Shown: one piece after another, positions 36,230 to 50,824 of the stretch | How the letters are laid out: each line of letters opens with the position of its first letter | Position numbering within the stretch: position 1 is the first letter of the stretch | Source: Mobula hypostoma | Taxonomy: Eukaryota | Assembly: GCF_963921235.1 (NCBI RefSeq) | Contig: NC_086097.1 | Location: 189,412,001 to 189,476,000, forward strand | Reading direction: 5' to 3' | Length of the DNA stretch: 64,000 bases | Translations under genes and position numbers: made by a program | The notes under the pieces: model-generated | Databases searched by the model: none | Seen by the model: only the letters and a program-made list of their open reading frames with translations | Told to the model about the DNA's origin: nothing

Positions 36230-36675
36230 TCATATGAAGAGCATTTGAGGGCTCTGAGTCTGTACTTCCTGGAATTCAGAAAAATGACGGTGGGGGGGGG
36301 TGCGTTCTCATTGAAACCTATCAAATGTCAAAAGGCCTCAATAGAGTTGATGTAGAGAGGATGTTTCCAATGCCTACGTTTAAGACCAGAAGACATAGCC
36401 TCAGAATAGAAGGGTGTCCATTTAGAACAGAGATGAGGAGGAATTCTTTTAGCCAGAGAGTGGTGAATCTGTGGAATTCGTTGCCACAGGTGGCTGTGGA
36501 GGCCAAGTTATTGGGTATATTTAAGGTGGAGATTGATAGTCTTAATTAGCCAGGGCATAAAGAGATATGGGGAAAATACAAGAAATTGGTGCTGAGAGCA
36601 AAATGGATCAGCCATGATGAAATGGTGGAGCAGGCTCAATGGGCCAAATGGCCTAATTCTGCTCTTATATCTTAC
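36230..36675 (+). mobile_element. CR1 LINE 3' end
   Basis: KGLNRVDVERMFP..RRNSFSQRVVNLWNSLP. Confidence 0.85.
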
Positions 36676-36789
36676 AGACTCCCAATCAACATTGGTTTGG
36701 TGCTTGCACTTTAATGCCTTTAGTGAACAGGGCCAAGGATAATTCCAAGGCATTTTATACTTGAATTAACAAAAGGAGGACAACTGAGA

Positions 36790-38730
36790 AGAGGGTAGGT
36801 TCACTCAAGAATAAAGGAGGGAATTTGTGCTTGGAGTCAGAGCAAGAGGCCGAGGTACCAAATGAGTGATTTGCTTAAGTATTTATTGAGAAGAAGAAAT
36901 CGTACAATTGTGAAAACAGTGCAGACAATACAAGTGTGCTGGGACATTTTGAGATTAAAGAGAAGGTACTGCTGGGTCTTCTGAAAACCACTGATATGGA
37001 AAAATATGCCTGGGCCCAACCACAATAGAGACAGAAGCAAATGAGGAGATTGTTGGGGCTTTGACAAAGATAATTTTGTCCTCACTAGTAATAGGCAAGG
37101 TCCGAGAGGACTGGAAAGAAGCAAATATTGTGTCTTTTTTAAAGAAGGAAAATAGGATGTCACCAGAGTTGTTGACAGTATAAAGGACAGTCAAAGAATA
37201 CGGTACGATATACATAGATCATCTACAGAGAAGTGACAGATGGAGTTTAATCTAGCAAGTATGAGGTGCTACATTTTAGGATATCAAATGAAAGGAGAAA
37301 AGTATGCAGGATGGTAGACCCCTTAATAGCATTGAAGTACAGAGGGATTTTGTGGTCCAAGTTCATAGTTCACTGAAAATAGCCACACAAGTAGATGTGG
37401 TGGTAAAGAGGTAAAGACTACGGTATGCTTGCTTTTATTGGTAGCAGTGTTGAGTATAAGGGCAAAGAAGTCAAACTACAACTACGTAAAACTTTAGTCA
37501 GAACGCACTAGGAATATGGTGTGCAACTCTGTTCACCCCATATAATAGGTAGGATGTGTAGACTGAGAAGGTGTAGAAGAGTTTTACCAGGATGTTGCTT
37601 AGATTAAAGGGTATGAGCCATAAGGAAAGGGTGGACAAACTTGGGTTGATATCCCCAGTGTATTGGAGGCCAAGTGGAGACCCAACAGAGATCTTTAACA
37701 GTATGAGAGGAAAAGATAGGATAAATGGTGTGAATCCATTCCCCAAGATAGAAATGTCATACACCAGAGGACATGCTTTTAAATGTCATACATCAGAGGA
37801 CATGCTTCGGAATTTCGGATAAGGGATTCTCAAACTTATGGATAAATCCTATCCATAAGTATCATCTCCAAGAGCTTCCTTACCACTGATGTTTAAAGGT
37901 AATGTCACCACCAAACTCTAAAACAGTTACCTTCCTCAAGCAGTAAGGCTGATCAACACCTCCACCCACAAACTCCACCACTGCTTTATTATTTCCCATC
38001 AGTCATCTTATGTACAGCCTAGTGTCACTTTATAGACATACAGGTGGTGGGAGCACCACCACTTGGAAGTCCCACTCCACTCACCATCCTGACTTGGAAA
38101 CAAATTGCCACTCCTTCATTGTTGCTGGGTCAAAATCAAGGAATTCCCTCCCTAACAGCACTGTGGGTGTACCCACACCTGATGGACTGCAGCGGTTCAC
38201 AAAAGCAGCTCATCACCACCTTCTCAAGGGCAACTAGGGAGGGGCATAAATGCTGGCTCAGCTGGGGACACCCACATCCCGTAAATGAATAAAAAAAAAT
38301 CAATCTATGTATTGTATATAAGCTATCTTACATCTTTATATTTATTGTGTTTTTTCTCATTATTTATGTGCTCTTTATTTCCTGTGTTTTTTTCTATGCA
38401 TCAGACCTGGAGTAATAATTATTTCATTCTCCTTACACTTGGCTACAGGAAATGACATTAAGTAATCGTGAATCTTGAATCTTGAAGGGTATTTTTTTAC
38501 ACAGAGGGTGGTAGGTGTCTGGAATGGGTTACCAGGTGTAGCAGTGGAAGCAAGCGGTTTGGTGGAGTATAAGAGACTTTTATGGAGACACATGCATATG
38601 AAGTAAATGGACTAATATGGGTGAAATACAGGAAGAGCATATTTATTATAAATTGGCATCAGGATTGGTAAAACATCTTGGGCCAAATGGCCTGCCGAAT
38701 GCTTGACTGTTCTTTGTTCTATGTTCTATA
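36790..38730 (+). mobile_element. Old CR1 copy with nested LINE 3' ends (Rex1-type ~37910-38480, itself containing an L2/CR1-group tail ~38045-38298)
   Basis: CR1 RT remnants at 36.8-37.8 kb resume at ~38485. Nested tails end in AATCTTGAATCTTGAA and CCCACATCCCGTAAATGAATAAAAAAAA. Confidence 0.6.
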
Positions 38731-40971
38731 ACATTTGAAACGCCACAACAGAGCAAGTATCTGTCAGAGGATTGTGTGAGACAGATGGTATAATTACTGC
38801 AACTGATGTCAGATTGACCTCAGTCACAGCTACAATATCTGTGCCTTTAGTTAGCAATAACTGCATCATTTCAGAAGGGACAATAGATGAATATTCTCAG
38901 AATCGGATTTAATATCACTGGCATATGTTAAGAGATTTCCTTTCTACCATTTCTTCTCTTTCCTGCTAATTCTATCTTCACTTTCCTTTTTCTCTTTTAT
39001 GGTGTTTTCTCCTTTCTCCCAATCCTTTATTTGGACTCTTATTCTATTTTAACTTTATTTCTACTAACACAGTAGATAATACACTTTCTGCAAAATTGGC
39101 TCTTCTTAGCAGACTTGATTTCTTAGAAGTGAATCCTACTTTCCTTCATAAGCTTAAGGAGTAATATGCCTGCTCTTGCAATCTCGCAATTTATATTTAA
39201 TATTATCTATTACAAATGTATATTTCACAGGTAGGTTTTTGTTTAATTAAAAGTTTACTTAAATAACTGAAGTTATTATATTTTACATTTTAAAATTTAC
39301 TGAGAGATACTTTCAATTTCTAATAGGTAACATCATGAGACATAGGTATCAGATTCAGAGTACATTACTCTGTTAAATTATCTACGTACTATGGAGTCAG
39401 CTATCAAACGATCTCTTTCATTGTTCTCTTAAAACCATCTTATTCCCAGTGAAATCCTTCCCATCTCACTTGGAGAGCTAGTAATTGTTTAGTAGAGGTT
39501 TTGCATTGCAAATTATTTTATACATACTGTGTGGGAGATAGCTACTGGTGATGGGCATAATCTAGAGTGGGAAGAGTGAGCGCTGGGGAATTTGTTATTT
39601 TCAGCCTCCTGCACACATAGTTACTGTTTATGTAACATCATTTTTCTGCCTTTCTCGAGAGATGGTTCTCGAGAGGGGTAATCCATTTCAAAACCCAGGA
39701 CAATAGGAAACTGTTTCCATATCTCACATGCCACCTTTCATTAAAGGCAGATATTAATAATGAAATTTACTACTACCTCCAGTTGGCAAAATGCTCAGAG
39801 TCTGAGGGAAAGAGTGTTCAATGTTCAGGACAGCAAATTGTGATGGATATTCACTGTCCAGGGCCAGGGGTGGGTCTTTTTTGACAAACTCAGCTTTCAA
39901 ACACAGCAGCCATGAAATTCTAAAGAATAAAGAATTGTTTTTGAATGTTTTCCAACCAGTACTCTTTGTTCAGCTTCTTGTCATAAATGGGTGCCAGTCT
40001 TCAGTTTTTAACGAAGTGGCAAGGAACAATCAGTCTGAAGTTAAAAGGACAACTTTGCAAACAAGCAGCACTATTTATAGAACACAGGAGGCTGACCTAC
40101 AGCACCTGGGTTGATTTCTCAAGAGACACAGTGTAAAACAATGTGATTATGTTAATTGTCTTTTCTCAAACCAGACAATGCTGTTATTTCGTTCAAATAA
40201 GTTTGCATACCTGATTGATACTATTACATAGCACATCAAATAGATGATCTGTTAATAATTGGAAAGTTTGTGTGCTCAGAGACTCAACATCACAGCATTA
40301 ATTGTGGGTATCTAGGAATCTCTGTCCCCAGAAGCTTTTAGACCACCTGTGTAAAAAGGCATCTGAAAAAAAATCACATGTACGTAAAGTTACCCAGCTG
40401 GCAAAATGCAGTATAAATGTAAGAGAGCAGTCAGTCTTATTATAAATAGTCCTGGAATATCAAGAGGAATGACAGAAAGATAGGATGAACTGGAATCTAT
40501 CCCTCTGTCTTTGATTTCTGCGATGGAAGATTTGTTCACTTGACCTCATTAGTATGTCTTTTTAGCTTCAATGAATTGTCCCTATGTTTTGGAAATCCTT
40601 TGTGCTTTAGAAATTGTTTGTAATTTGGAAATCCTTTATAAGATAGAAAACCTCTGTGAGTTTTACATGAGTTTTAAGAATTTCATCGTCACTAAAGATA
40701 TATGAACTGTGTTTTAACCACTGTTAGCTGAAAGTATCTCCTCCTTGGTAGGGAGGGGGAAGCCACCCGCTCAAATAGTGGATACCGGCCGCTAAACTCA
40801 CCATGCAGAATAAACAGGGAGAATTTAGTCTTTGAAGAGTAGGTAGCTACAGTATAACCTCCCTTTAATGAAGGTACCCATAGCTATCTATATCAAGTAG
40901 GGCTTAAAAACTTTGTCTGAATTTTGAACTTTGCAGCCAGCAAATCCCAAATCATCACAATACCCTCTAGA

Positions 40972-41420
40972 GAGTTCAAGTTCAAGTTTAATTGTCATTT
41001 AACCATACCCATGAATACAGCCAAACAAAACAGTATTCTTCTGGGGCCAAGGTACAAGACGGAGTATCAACATCACGCAGCACACAACCTATAGCACATA
41101 TAATTACAACAGCAGAAAGAAACATACAGTCACAAAAACAATAATATAGCCCATGTCCGTGAGTGACCCGGCCTGTAAGCTGATCGTGTATGGGATGTTC
41201 TCCTGGTGCTGCTTGTCTTTCACTGAGCAAACAGTGGAGAGCAGCACTGGTGGGAGGGGCCAGCCTCCAACCCAGTGTGGATTCCAGCGTGCCCACAGAT
41301 TCCTCTGTTCTCTCCCACCCCGCCTCCGGTGTCCTCACTCCTGGACAGCTGTAACAGGTGACACTGTAGTAGGAAGGCCTGATCCGCGCAACAACTGAGG
41401 CAACGCAGTTCCCCTGCCGT
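40972..41420 (-). mobile_element. Non-LTR element 3' end with Rex1-type tail
   Basis: Tail (AACTTG)n and GACAATTAAAC, similar to the 18310 and 24280 tails. Confidence 0.55.
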
Positions 41421-42279
41421 CGGTCTCACCAATGAACCAGTGAACCACATTTACAAAATTCTAGATTGTCAACGTCCAACAGGGTTTCGTGATCACCACA
41501 AAAATGTACAAGGCAATTATTTGCATCATTTGTTGGGGAGCTTGTGGCTTATGAAGAACCTGCATGTTTCTAAAGACTCAGACTACCTACAGCTAACACC
41601 TCAAAGGACTGGAGAAATAGTATCAATTCAGTTTCTACTAAATCATCTAAATTCAAGGATGATTTCAGCATCTTCTTTCAGGCCAACTGCCTCCGCTTTA
41701 GGGCACCAATTACACTCAGATAACTCTGATGGGCAGGCAGAATTGTTCACAGCTCAGCTCCAGATTCCTGGAACAGTCTCTCTACTCTACCCTCCATTTT
41801 GGAAGGGACCTGAATGAAACTTCAAATGCTTCTTGAGAAACCATAACACCCCCAGCAGTTCAAGGAAGTTCCTGTACCACAATCACTCAAAATGGAGAAA
41901 GATCATCCCAGATGGCATAAAGAACTGCAAGCCTCTTCATTTGGCAGATATGCAAATCCTGAGCTGATTTGGTGGTTTAGCCTTCAGGACAAAGCATTGA
42001 TGGAGGGACGAAGCATGCACTAGGAACAGCTACCTAGAGGATTGTTACATAGCTAATTGTTATATAAATTGCTTACTAGTCCACATTAATAAAATGACAT
42101 GACATTCTGTTTTTCTTTAAAGCGTCTCTTTATTACAAATTGCTGATTGGGAAGAAACACATTTTTGCTGAACATTTTATGCCTCAGTTGCTGCTAAAGT
42201 TTTAAAAGGCTTGTAAAGGAACTCTGCAACATTTACTAAAAACTCAGTTGAGGATTTCACTAAAATCAGAATCACCAGT

Positions 42280-42875
42280 ATCAGAAATGATCCCGGAAGT
42301 GTGGATTGGGACAGGCTGTTTTCTGGCGAAGGTGTACTTGGAAAGTAGGAGGCCTTCAAAAACAAAACTTTGAGAGTACAAAGCTTGTATGTGCCTGTCA
42401 GAATAAAAGATAAAGATCACAAGAGTAGGGAACCTTGGTTTTAAGGATATACTGAGGCCGGGGTTAAGAGAAAAGAGGAGGTGCATAGCAGGTATAGGCA
42501 GGGAGGAACAAATGAAGGGCTTATGGAGTACAAGAAATGCAAGAGGAAACTTAAGAAAGACATCAGGAAGGCTAAAAGAAGGCTTGAAGTTGCTCTAGCA
42601 GACAAGGTAAAGGAATTCTACAGGTATGTTAAGGGCAAAATGATTGCAAGGGACAAAATTCGTCCTCTGGAAAAGTGGAGCCAAAACAGATGAGAGAAGA
42701 TCTTAAATACATTATTTTCACCTGTATTTACTCAGGACACAGAGTCTATAGAAGTGAGGCAAAGCAGCATCAACTTCATGGACCCTGTACAGATTACAGA
42801 GGAGGAGGCGTTTGCTACCCTGAGGCAAATCAGGATAGATAAATCCCCAGGGTTTGACAATTATAGGCCAGTTAG
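42280..42875 (+). mobile_element. CR1 ORF2 internal fragment
   Basis: EYKKCKRKLKKDIRKAKRR, FYRYVKGK, IRIDKSPG..NYRPVS. Confidence 0.8.
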
Positions 42876-43359
42876 TCACTTTCTGTTTATCAATTTTGTT
42901 AAATTAGTAAATGCTCCCTATGCAAAAAGACTTAACTAATATATGATAGGTATAGAACCAAAATTGAATGCAAAAAAGATTTCAAACAATTCAGGTGAAA
43001 TTCTTTGACCTGAAGTGTTAATCCTATCATTTCTTCCATAGTTAATTCCTGATTGCTTGGTGTTTGAAGGTGTCTTGTTTTTATTTCAAAACTCTTGCAT
43101 CTGTAGTTTTATTTTAAATTTCTAGGTGGTTGTGCTATAATAGTGAAGTATCTATCTAGGACCTACTTTTATCCTTTTACCTTAATGAATCAACCTGAGA
43201 CTCCATTATTTCTTCACCTATATTCGTTGAAATCATAAGATAGATCCCATTAGATCTTGGCACTTCAATCTCATTTAGTTTTGCTCAGTTCTCTTATTGT
43301 TTTGTCATGATGTTCCTTTTTCACGTCACCAATTCTTTTCCATTATGCAGCTCTTTATA

Positions 43360-43720
43360 TAAGACCGCAAGACATTGAAGCAGAATTAGACCATTTCGTC
43401 CATCGAGTCTGTTCTGCCATTCCATCATGGCTGATTTACGATCCCTCTCAATCCCTCTCTGGCCTTCTCTATTTAATCTTTGAAGCCCTGATTAATCAAG
43501 AACCCATCAACTTGTGCCTTAAATATGCCCAAAATTTCACCTGCATAGCTGTCTGTGGGAATTAATTCCACAGATAAAGGTATTTTTTCTCATTTCTGTT
43601 CTAAATAGATATCCCTCTAATCTAAGGCTGTGCAGTCTGGTCCTAGATACCACCCACTAGAAGAAGCATCCTCTTCACAACCACTCTATATAGGCTTTAA
43701 ATATTCAATAGGTTTCAACT
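43360..43720 (-). mobile_element. CR1 LINE 3' end
   Basis: Reverse complement resembles the 3' UTR at 20800-20915. Confidence 0.7.
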
Positions 43721-45142
43721 CGTGTGGGTTCCAGTTATGCCTGACCCTTTGTCAGCTGCGTGGAACAGTCCATGTTCCAAGCCTACTCCGGCATCGCTCT
43801 CCAACTCTTACTACACTATTTCATTGGTGCTACTTCCTGCACCCATGCTGAGCTCATCGACTTCATCAACTTTGCCTCCTGCCTCCACCCTGCCCTCAAA
43901 TTTCCATGATCCATTTCTGACACCTCCCTCCCCTTTCGCCTCGATTTACTGCATCTGTACTTGGAATGGGCTTTTCATTTTAGAACTACTGTAATATCCT
44001 CGTTCTTCAAAGAAAAGGGCTTCCCTTCCTCCACTATCCCTTCCTGCCCTCATCCACATCTCTTCCACTTCGCACATGTCTGCCCTCATTCTATCCTTCC
44101 GCCGCCCCACTAGGGATAGAGTTTCTCTTGTCCTCACCTACCACCCCACTAAACTCTGCATCCAGCACATAATTCTCCATAACTTTCGCTATCTCCAACA
44201 GGATCCCACCACCAAGCACATCTTTCCCTCCCTCTCACTTTCCGCTTTCTGCAGGTATTGCTCCCTACACAACTCCCTTGTCCATTTGTCGCTCCCCACT
44301 GAAATCCCTCCTAGCACTTAGCTTTGCAAGCAGAACAAGTGCCACACCAGCCCCTACACGTCCTCCTTCACTACCATTCAGGGCTCAAACAGTCTTTCCA
44401 GGTGAGGTGACACTTCACCAGTGAGTCTGCAGGCGTCATCTACTGTATCTGGTACTCCAGGTATGGCCTCCTGTGTATCAGTGAGACCCAGCGCAGATTG
44501 GAACACTGTTTCACTGAACACCTACGCTCCGTCCACCAAAAAAAGCAGGATAACCCAGAGGTCACCCATTTCAATGCTACCTCTTATTTCCATTTCAACA
44601 TATCAGTCCATGGCCTCCTCTACTGCCATGATGAGGCCAGTCAGGTTGGAGGAGCAACACCTTATGTTCTGCCTGGGTAACCTCCAACCTGATGGTGTGA
44701 GCATCAATTTCTCAAACTTCCAGTAATTCCCCCCACCACCCTCCTTCACCATTCCCCTCTCTCACTTTATCTCCTTGCCTGCCCAACAACTCCATCTGGT
44801 GCTCCTCTCCCTTCCCTTTCTTCCATGGTCTTCTGTCCTGTCCTGTAAGATTTCCCCTTCATCAGGCTTTTATTTCTTTCACCAATCAATGTCCCATCTG
44901 CTTACTTCACCCCTTTCCCTCTCCTGGTGTCACCTATCACCTACCACCTTGTAGTTCTTCCTTCCCTCCTCCCACCTTCTTACTCTGACTTCTCCACTTT
45001 CTTTCCAGTCCCGATGAAGGGTCTTGGCCTGAAATGTTGACTCTTACTCTTTTCCATAGATGCTGCCTGGCCTGCCGAGTTCTTGCAGCATTTTGTGTGT
45101 GTTGTTTTGGATTTCCAGCATCTGCAGATTTTCTTGTGTTTT
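43721..45142 (+). mobile_element. Penelope-like element, decayed RT/GIY-YIG plus 3' pseudo-LTR
   Basis: RDRVSLVLTYHP..LQQDPTTKHIFP, EHLRSV..THFN..HGLLYCHDEA, LGNLQPDG.. homologous to the 30484-32136 ORF; terminal hammerhead and tail. Confidence 0.88.
45007..45042 (+). ncRNA. Minimal type-I hammerhead motif (variant core CCGAUGA, GUU triplet)
   Basis: AGTC-CCGATGA-AGGGTCTTGGCCT-GAAA-TGTT-GACT. Confidence 0.55.
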
Positions 45143-45144
45143 TT

Positions 45145-46475
45145 GATACATCTTTTCTTAAATAAGGGGCCTAATACTACTCACAAGTGTGGTCTGACCA
45201 ATGCCTTAAAAAGCCTCCTTGCTTTTATATTCTAGTCTTCTGGAAATGAATGCTAACATCATTTGCCTTCCTTACCACACACTCAATCTGCCAGTTAATC
45301 TTTAGGGAATTCTGCACGAAGACTCCCAAGTCCCTTTGTAACTCAGATCTTTGAGTTTTCTCCCATTTAGAAAATAGTCTCTATCTTTATTGCTTCTACC
45401 AAAGGGCACGACTGTGCATTTCCCCACACTATATTCCATCACCCATGTCTTTGCCCATTCTCCCTTCAGCAGACACCCTGCTTCCATAACACCATCTGCC
45501 TCTCAACCTATCTTTGTATCATCTGCAAACTTTGCCACAAAGCCATCAATTCCTTCATCCAAATCGTTGTCATATACTGTGAAATGAAACAGTCCCAATA
45601 CCAACCCCTGCGGCACACCACTACTCACCAGTAGCTAACCAGAACAGGTGTCCTTTACTACAACGTTTTGCCTCCGGCCAGTCAGTCAACCTTCAATCCA
45701 CGCTGGTATCTTTCCTGTAATGTCTTGTTAAGCAGCCTTATGTGTGACCTATTATTTCCTCAAATAATTACAATAGATATGTCTGACAAGATTTCCCTTT
45801 AAGGAAACCATGCTGACTTTGGCCTATTTTATCACGTGCGACTAAGTACCCTGAAACATCGTCCTTAATTATAGACTCCAACATCTTTCCAGCCATGAAG
45901 TCCGACTAACTGGCCTATAATTTCCTTTCCTCTGCTTCCCTCTCTTCTTAAAGAGTGGATTGACAATTGTAATTTTCCAGTCCACTGAAATCATTCCAGA
46001 ATCAAGCGATTCTTGAAATATCATGACTGATGCCTCTACAATCTCTTCAGCTACTTCTCTCAGAACCCTGGGATGTAATCTATCTGGTCCAGGTGACTTA
46101 TCTACTATCAGACCTTGCAGCTTCCCAATTGCCTTCTCCATAGTAATAGCAGTGACACTCACTTCTGCCCCCCAGTCACTCTTGCATTTCTGGTTTTCTT
46201 CTTGTGTCTTCAACAGTGAAGACTGATGCAAAATACCTTTTGCCATTTCTTTGTCCCGCATTACTACCTCTCCAGTGTCATTTTTCAGTGGACCAAAATC
46301 CACTCTTATCTCTCTTAATGTATTTGAAAAACTTTTTGTATCCTCTTTTATATTATTGGCTAGCTTACCTTCATATTTATCTTTTCTTTCTTTATGGCTT
46401 TTTAGTTGCCTTCTGTTGGTTTGTTGGTTTTTAAAAGCTTTCCAATCCTCTACCTTCCCACTAATTTTTGCAATA
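45145..46475 (-). mobile_element. CR1 ORF2 fragment with internal deletions
   Basis: VDKSPGPDRLHPRVLRE, GNYRPVS, W.MEYSVGKC. Confidence 0.85.
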
Positions 46476-48034
46476 AATAAAGAAATGAAATGCAAGTTAA
46501 TTGATTACTTTTTACTAACCTGACAACTGATAAATCTAATTTTATTTATTTATTGAATATATTCATTAATTAAAAATCTTAATTTACATTTCATATTTTC
46601 TCATTTATTATGCTTACTTTAATTTTTCTTGTTTTCTATTTTCTCACCTTATCAATAGGCTCTTTGTTCTCAGTTTTATTTTGTTTCCTGTCTATTATCC
46701 ATACCATGGTATTTTGAAAAGTGAGCTAGTTTCCTTTTATTCTGAATGGTATATGAGCATTCTGCAACATTTTATATTTCCTTTCTTTACACATTTTATT
46801 GTTGATTCTGCCTGAAGATATTTCCTTCCATTGCACCTCTGCTCTCCATCTTCTGAAATTTAGCTCACTATCAATCTGGTGCCTCCATTTTGTATTGAAT
46901 ATTTCCATTTCTTTGAGTCTGAAACCTCATAATATTACATCTATTATTCCCAGAGTGCTTGTGTACATTTAATTCACCTACCTGACCTCATTCATTGTTC
47001 TGAAACTATGTCTGTTGTGAGACCTTGCTTTGGATAATTTGGAGAGTCATTCTTGTACAGATTTAATAAATTCTGTGTTTCTTTTAATCCTTTGTAAGTA
47101 AAAAAAAACACAAGCAAAAAAATCAAAGAACAATAGAAATATTTTAAATGTGCAAAAAGGTTTCAGAATTTTAAGAGGAAATTAAATTATTAGTTCAAAA
47201 GTGCATTCACTTTACAAAGGACTGCATGCAAAATGATGTGTGTGTCATGTTGTATGTGAGCCCTTGGCTGGCATATTATCCTGTGACTGACGTTTAAGTC
47301 CTTCAGTCTTTGTGTGTAAGAATACTACTCACTACTGGTTTTAGAATGTGAAATGGGGCTGTGGTTTTTAGGTAAGATCAGATCTACACATGATAAAGTG
47401 ATGCAGCTAGTAGAACTGCTCCCTCACAGTGAGCAATGTTCAGTCCTGGGTTCAGCCACTGTAAGTTGCCCCAAGTGTGTGTAAGTGGGATGTGAAAGTG
47501 GTTGAATCGGGGGATGGAAGATAGGTGGGGAAGAGGGGAGAGGGAAGATCTGATGGGAATGTGTATCAGGATGACAGAAACAAAATGGATTTGTGAAGGA
47601 TTAAATGTTGGTTGTGCTTGGTGGTCAGCTTGAACTTGGTGTGCTTGTTTCCATGATTGACCTATTTTTCCATACTATGTAGGCTTATATGCTACACCTG
47701 AGGTGTGGATACCGTTAATGTGAATATCAGGAGGGGAATAGAAGGAATTGTGATTGATTGTTGATGAAAAGGGCCAGAGATGCGATGAAATCAGGGTCCA
47801 ATGGTTCCAAGTCCGAGTGAAATCTTCAATTGGTGGTAATAGAGAAACGATAGATTTGAAGGGTAAGTTAAAATCTTAAATGAGACTTACTTGTAAGAAG
47901 ATCTAAGTGTCAAACTCCATGGCCATGTATCAGACATGCCTTACCTCTTTTGAAAAAAATTGACTATACTTGCGGCTTTGATGTTTGTGCCTGGCATATA
48001 CAAGGTGTATCCTTAGCAATCTGACATTCTATGA

Positions 48035-48735
48035 GTCTTCCAGGTGAGGTGACATTGTGAGTCTGTGCTCCCGGTGTGGCCTCCTGTACATCGGTGAGAA
48101 CTGACGTAGATTGGGAGACTGCTTTGCTGAGCACCTGTGCTCTGTCCGCCAGAAAAAAAGTGGGTACTCCCAGTGGACACCCATTTTAATTCCACTTCCC
48201 ATTCCCATTCCCATTCTGATATGTCTATGCATGGCCTCCTCCACTGCCATGATGAGGCCACACTTAGGTTGGAGGAACAACACCTTATATTCTGCTTGGG
48301 TAACCTCCAACCTGATGGCATGAAACATCGATATCTCGAACTTCTGGTAATGCCCTCCACCCTCCTCTCCTTCATTATTTCCCATCCCCTTTTCCCTCTC
48401 TCACCTTATCTCCTTTCCCACCCATCACCTTCCTTTGGTGCTCCTCTCCCCTTTTTTTTCTTCCATGACCTTCTGTCTCTTTCACCAATTTAGTTCCCAG
48501 CTCGTTACTTCATCCCCACCTCCTTCAGGTTTCACCTATCACCTTGTGTTTTTCTCTCCCCTCCCACCCACCTTTCAAATCTACTCTTCAGCTTTTTTCT
48601 CCAGACCTGCTGAAGAGTTTCGGCTGGAAACATCACTGTACGCTTTTCCTAGATGCTGCCTGGCCTGCTGAGTTCCTCCAGCATTTTGTGTGCGTGTTGC
48701 TTGGATTTGCAGCATCTACAGATTTTGTGATTCTA
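48035..48735 (+). mobile_element. Penelope-like element 3' part (GIY-YIG + pseudo-LTR, degenerate hammerhead ~48602-48640)
   Basis: THFNSTSHSHSHSDMSMHGLLHCHDEATLRLEEQHLIFCLGNLQPDGM, with a GATGCTGCCTGGCCTGCTGAGTTC tail. Confidence 0.85.
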
Positions 48736-50294
48736 TGAGTCTTGCTTGTGTAGCAATTGGATTTTTTGTTAAATTGCTTTCTGTAAACCAAAAATAGTTA
48801 AGCTACTTGAAAGAATTTTCAGTCCACAGAATAGATTTGTTCAATGTGACAAAATAGTCACACACACTGCTGTTGATTAGAGAAATAAATTCTCAAGTAG
48901 TATAATTATATATTCATAATTGTTCAAAAGTCATCATAAGTTCTTTGTAATTCTTTGATGATAAGATGATTTTACACTAACACAGTATTGTTAAATATTG
49001 AGATGGTAATGATGTCATCTTCTCTCCTACTGTATGAAAGTCAAAATAAACAAATAAATTCCATCAGTTCAATGTAATGAAAATTTGCTAAATGATTATT
49101 TGAAAATAATTGACTTCCTGAGATGATAAAATTAATTTCCAGATCACCGTCCAAGATCAAATTATAACAGTTGGGTTTGGTTTGATGCTGTTCATATTCA
49201 TTGTTCTTTAGGAAGATTATTTCTCAAAAAGTACATTAGGGCATCAGAAAAATTAAGGGGCCTGTTACATACAATTAGATATTTAACATATCCTATCATG
49301 TGATAAAGAAACCTACCTGTAAAGATTGATGTTATGCTACACAATTGAATCGTTATTTTTAAAATCTGAGAGATTTTCTGACGAAGAATGATAATGGGTG
49401 GTCCATGCACGTTCTGACTTAGGGAGTGAGCTGTTCTATTTCTGTAAAAATACAAATAAAATGTTTATGCTCAGTGGAATTATTCAGTAACTTTAGCAAG
49501 CAACTTGCTATTTATTTAATATTGAGATCTACAAATCCTTTGTCAGAGTAAGCTTCAAAGCAGCTCAGCACTTGCATTGATGTCAGTCAGTGTTCAATCA
49601 ACCTCACTGAGATTACCTGCATAAATTTCCACAGAAGCCCTGGGTGTAGATTGCAGAAATAAATTTATGTCAGACAGATGAAGCTTGTTTCTCCTTTGCA
49701 TGATAAAGAACTGGCTGCTAAAGGTAATGCAGCATTTCTCTGGGTGAATTTTTCATCCTTACAGAAGTTTCCTATTTTCACTTCTGTTCTAACAAAAGCT
49801 TTGGATCTTTTCAACCTCTTTTCAATCCTCGATATTCTTTTTCTACCTCCAGCTTATCAATTATCTTCCTGTCTTCTCCCCACGATGTCGGAATCAGTGT
49901 TAGTTTTTAGGACCTTTCGACCACTGCATCTTCCTGGCCAAGAAGTACTTATTGATATTAATTCAATTTTTCCATCACTTGACTTGTAACAGTTATACTA
50001 CTTAGTTATTGTGAGAGTATCTCCAATACCCCGTTGGATATAATAATGGGTGTAAAATAAATTATCCTCTGGTTGCTGCTATATCTCGTATTCCTTACCT
50101 TCAACCTATCTCCTTTTATTACAGACACATCAACCAAGGGCAATGGTTTACACCATCTTCCCTTTCTAGGCACCTCATATTTTTGTGTATTCCAATTAAC
50201 TGCTCCTTTAACCTTCTCTCCTCCAAGGAAAATAAATCCAGTCGAACATATTGTTCAGGATCAATTTCCATTTTCAGGATTTGTGACAAATCAA

Positions 50295-50770
50295 ATGAAT
50301 CAAGATGGAATGGTGGATTTGGTGTACGTGGATTTTAGTAAGGCATTTGATAAGGTTTTCCATGGTGCTTCATTCAAAAAGTCAGGAGGGGCATGAGATC
50401 CAGGGAAATGTTGCTGAAATAACCTTTCTAAAGAGTATAAAACTCTGGTTAGACCTCAGTTTGAATACTGGTTTCAGTTCTGGATATCTCAGTCCAGGAA
50501 GGATGTGGAAGCTTTAGAGAGGGTGCAGAGGAGACTTACCAGGATGCTGCCTGGATTAGAGAGCATGTCTCCTGAGGATAGATTGAGCAAACTAGGACTT
50601 TTTTCTTTGGACTGAAGGAGTATGAGAGGTGACTTGATAGAGGTGTACAAGATGACGAGAGGCATACATAGGGTGGACAACCAGAGATTTTTTCTCAGGG
50701 TCGAAATGGATAATAATACAGGGCATAATTTTAAGATGATTGGAGGGAATTATAGAGGAAATGTAAATGA
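50295..50770 (+). mobile_element. CR1 fragments
   Basis: VYVDFSKAFDKV, RGDLIEVYKM. Confidence 0.75.
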
Positions 50771-50824
50771 GTTTCACATGAGTACAGGAAGCAACGCTAA
50801 TTCAGTTGTGACATGGCAGAAATA

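Noticed and set aside
39652..39674. Two nearby TCTCGAGA palindromes
   Set aside because: Too short to distinguish from chance without conservation data.
46726..46908. Possible L1/Tx1 ORF2 C-terminal remnant or host exon
   Set aside because: Resemblance is too weak and there is no convincing splice framework.
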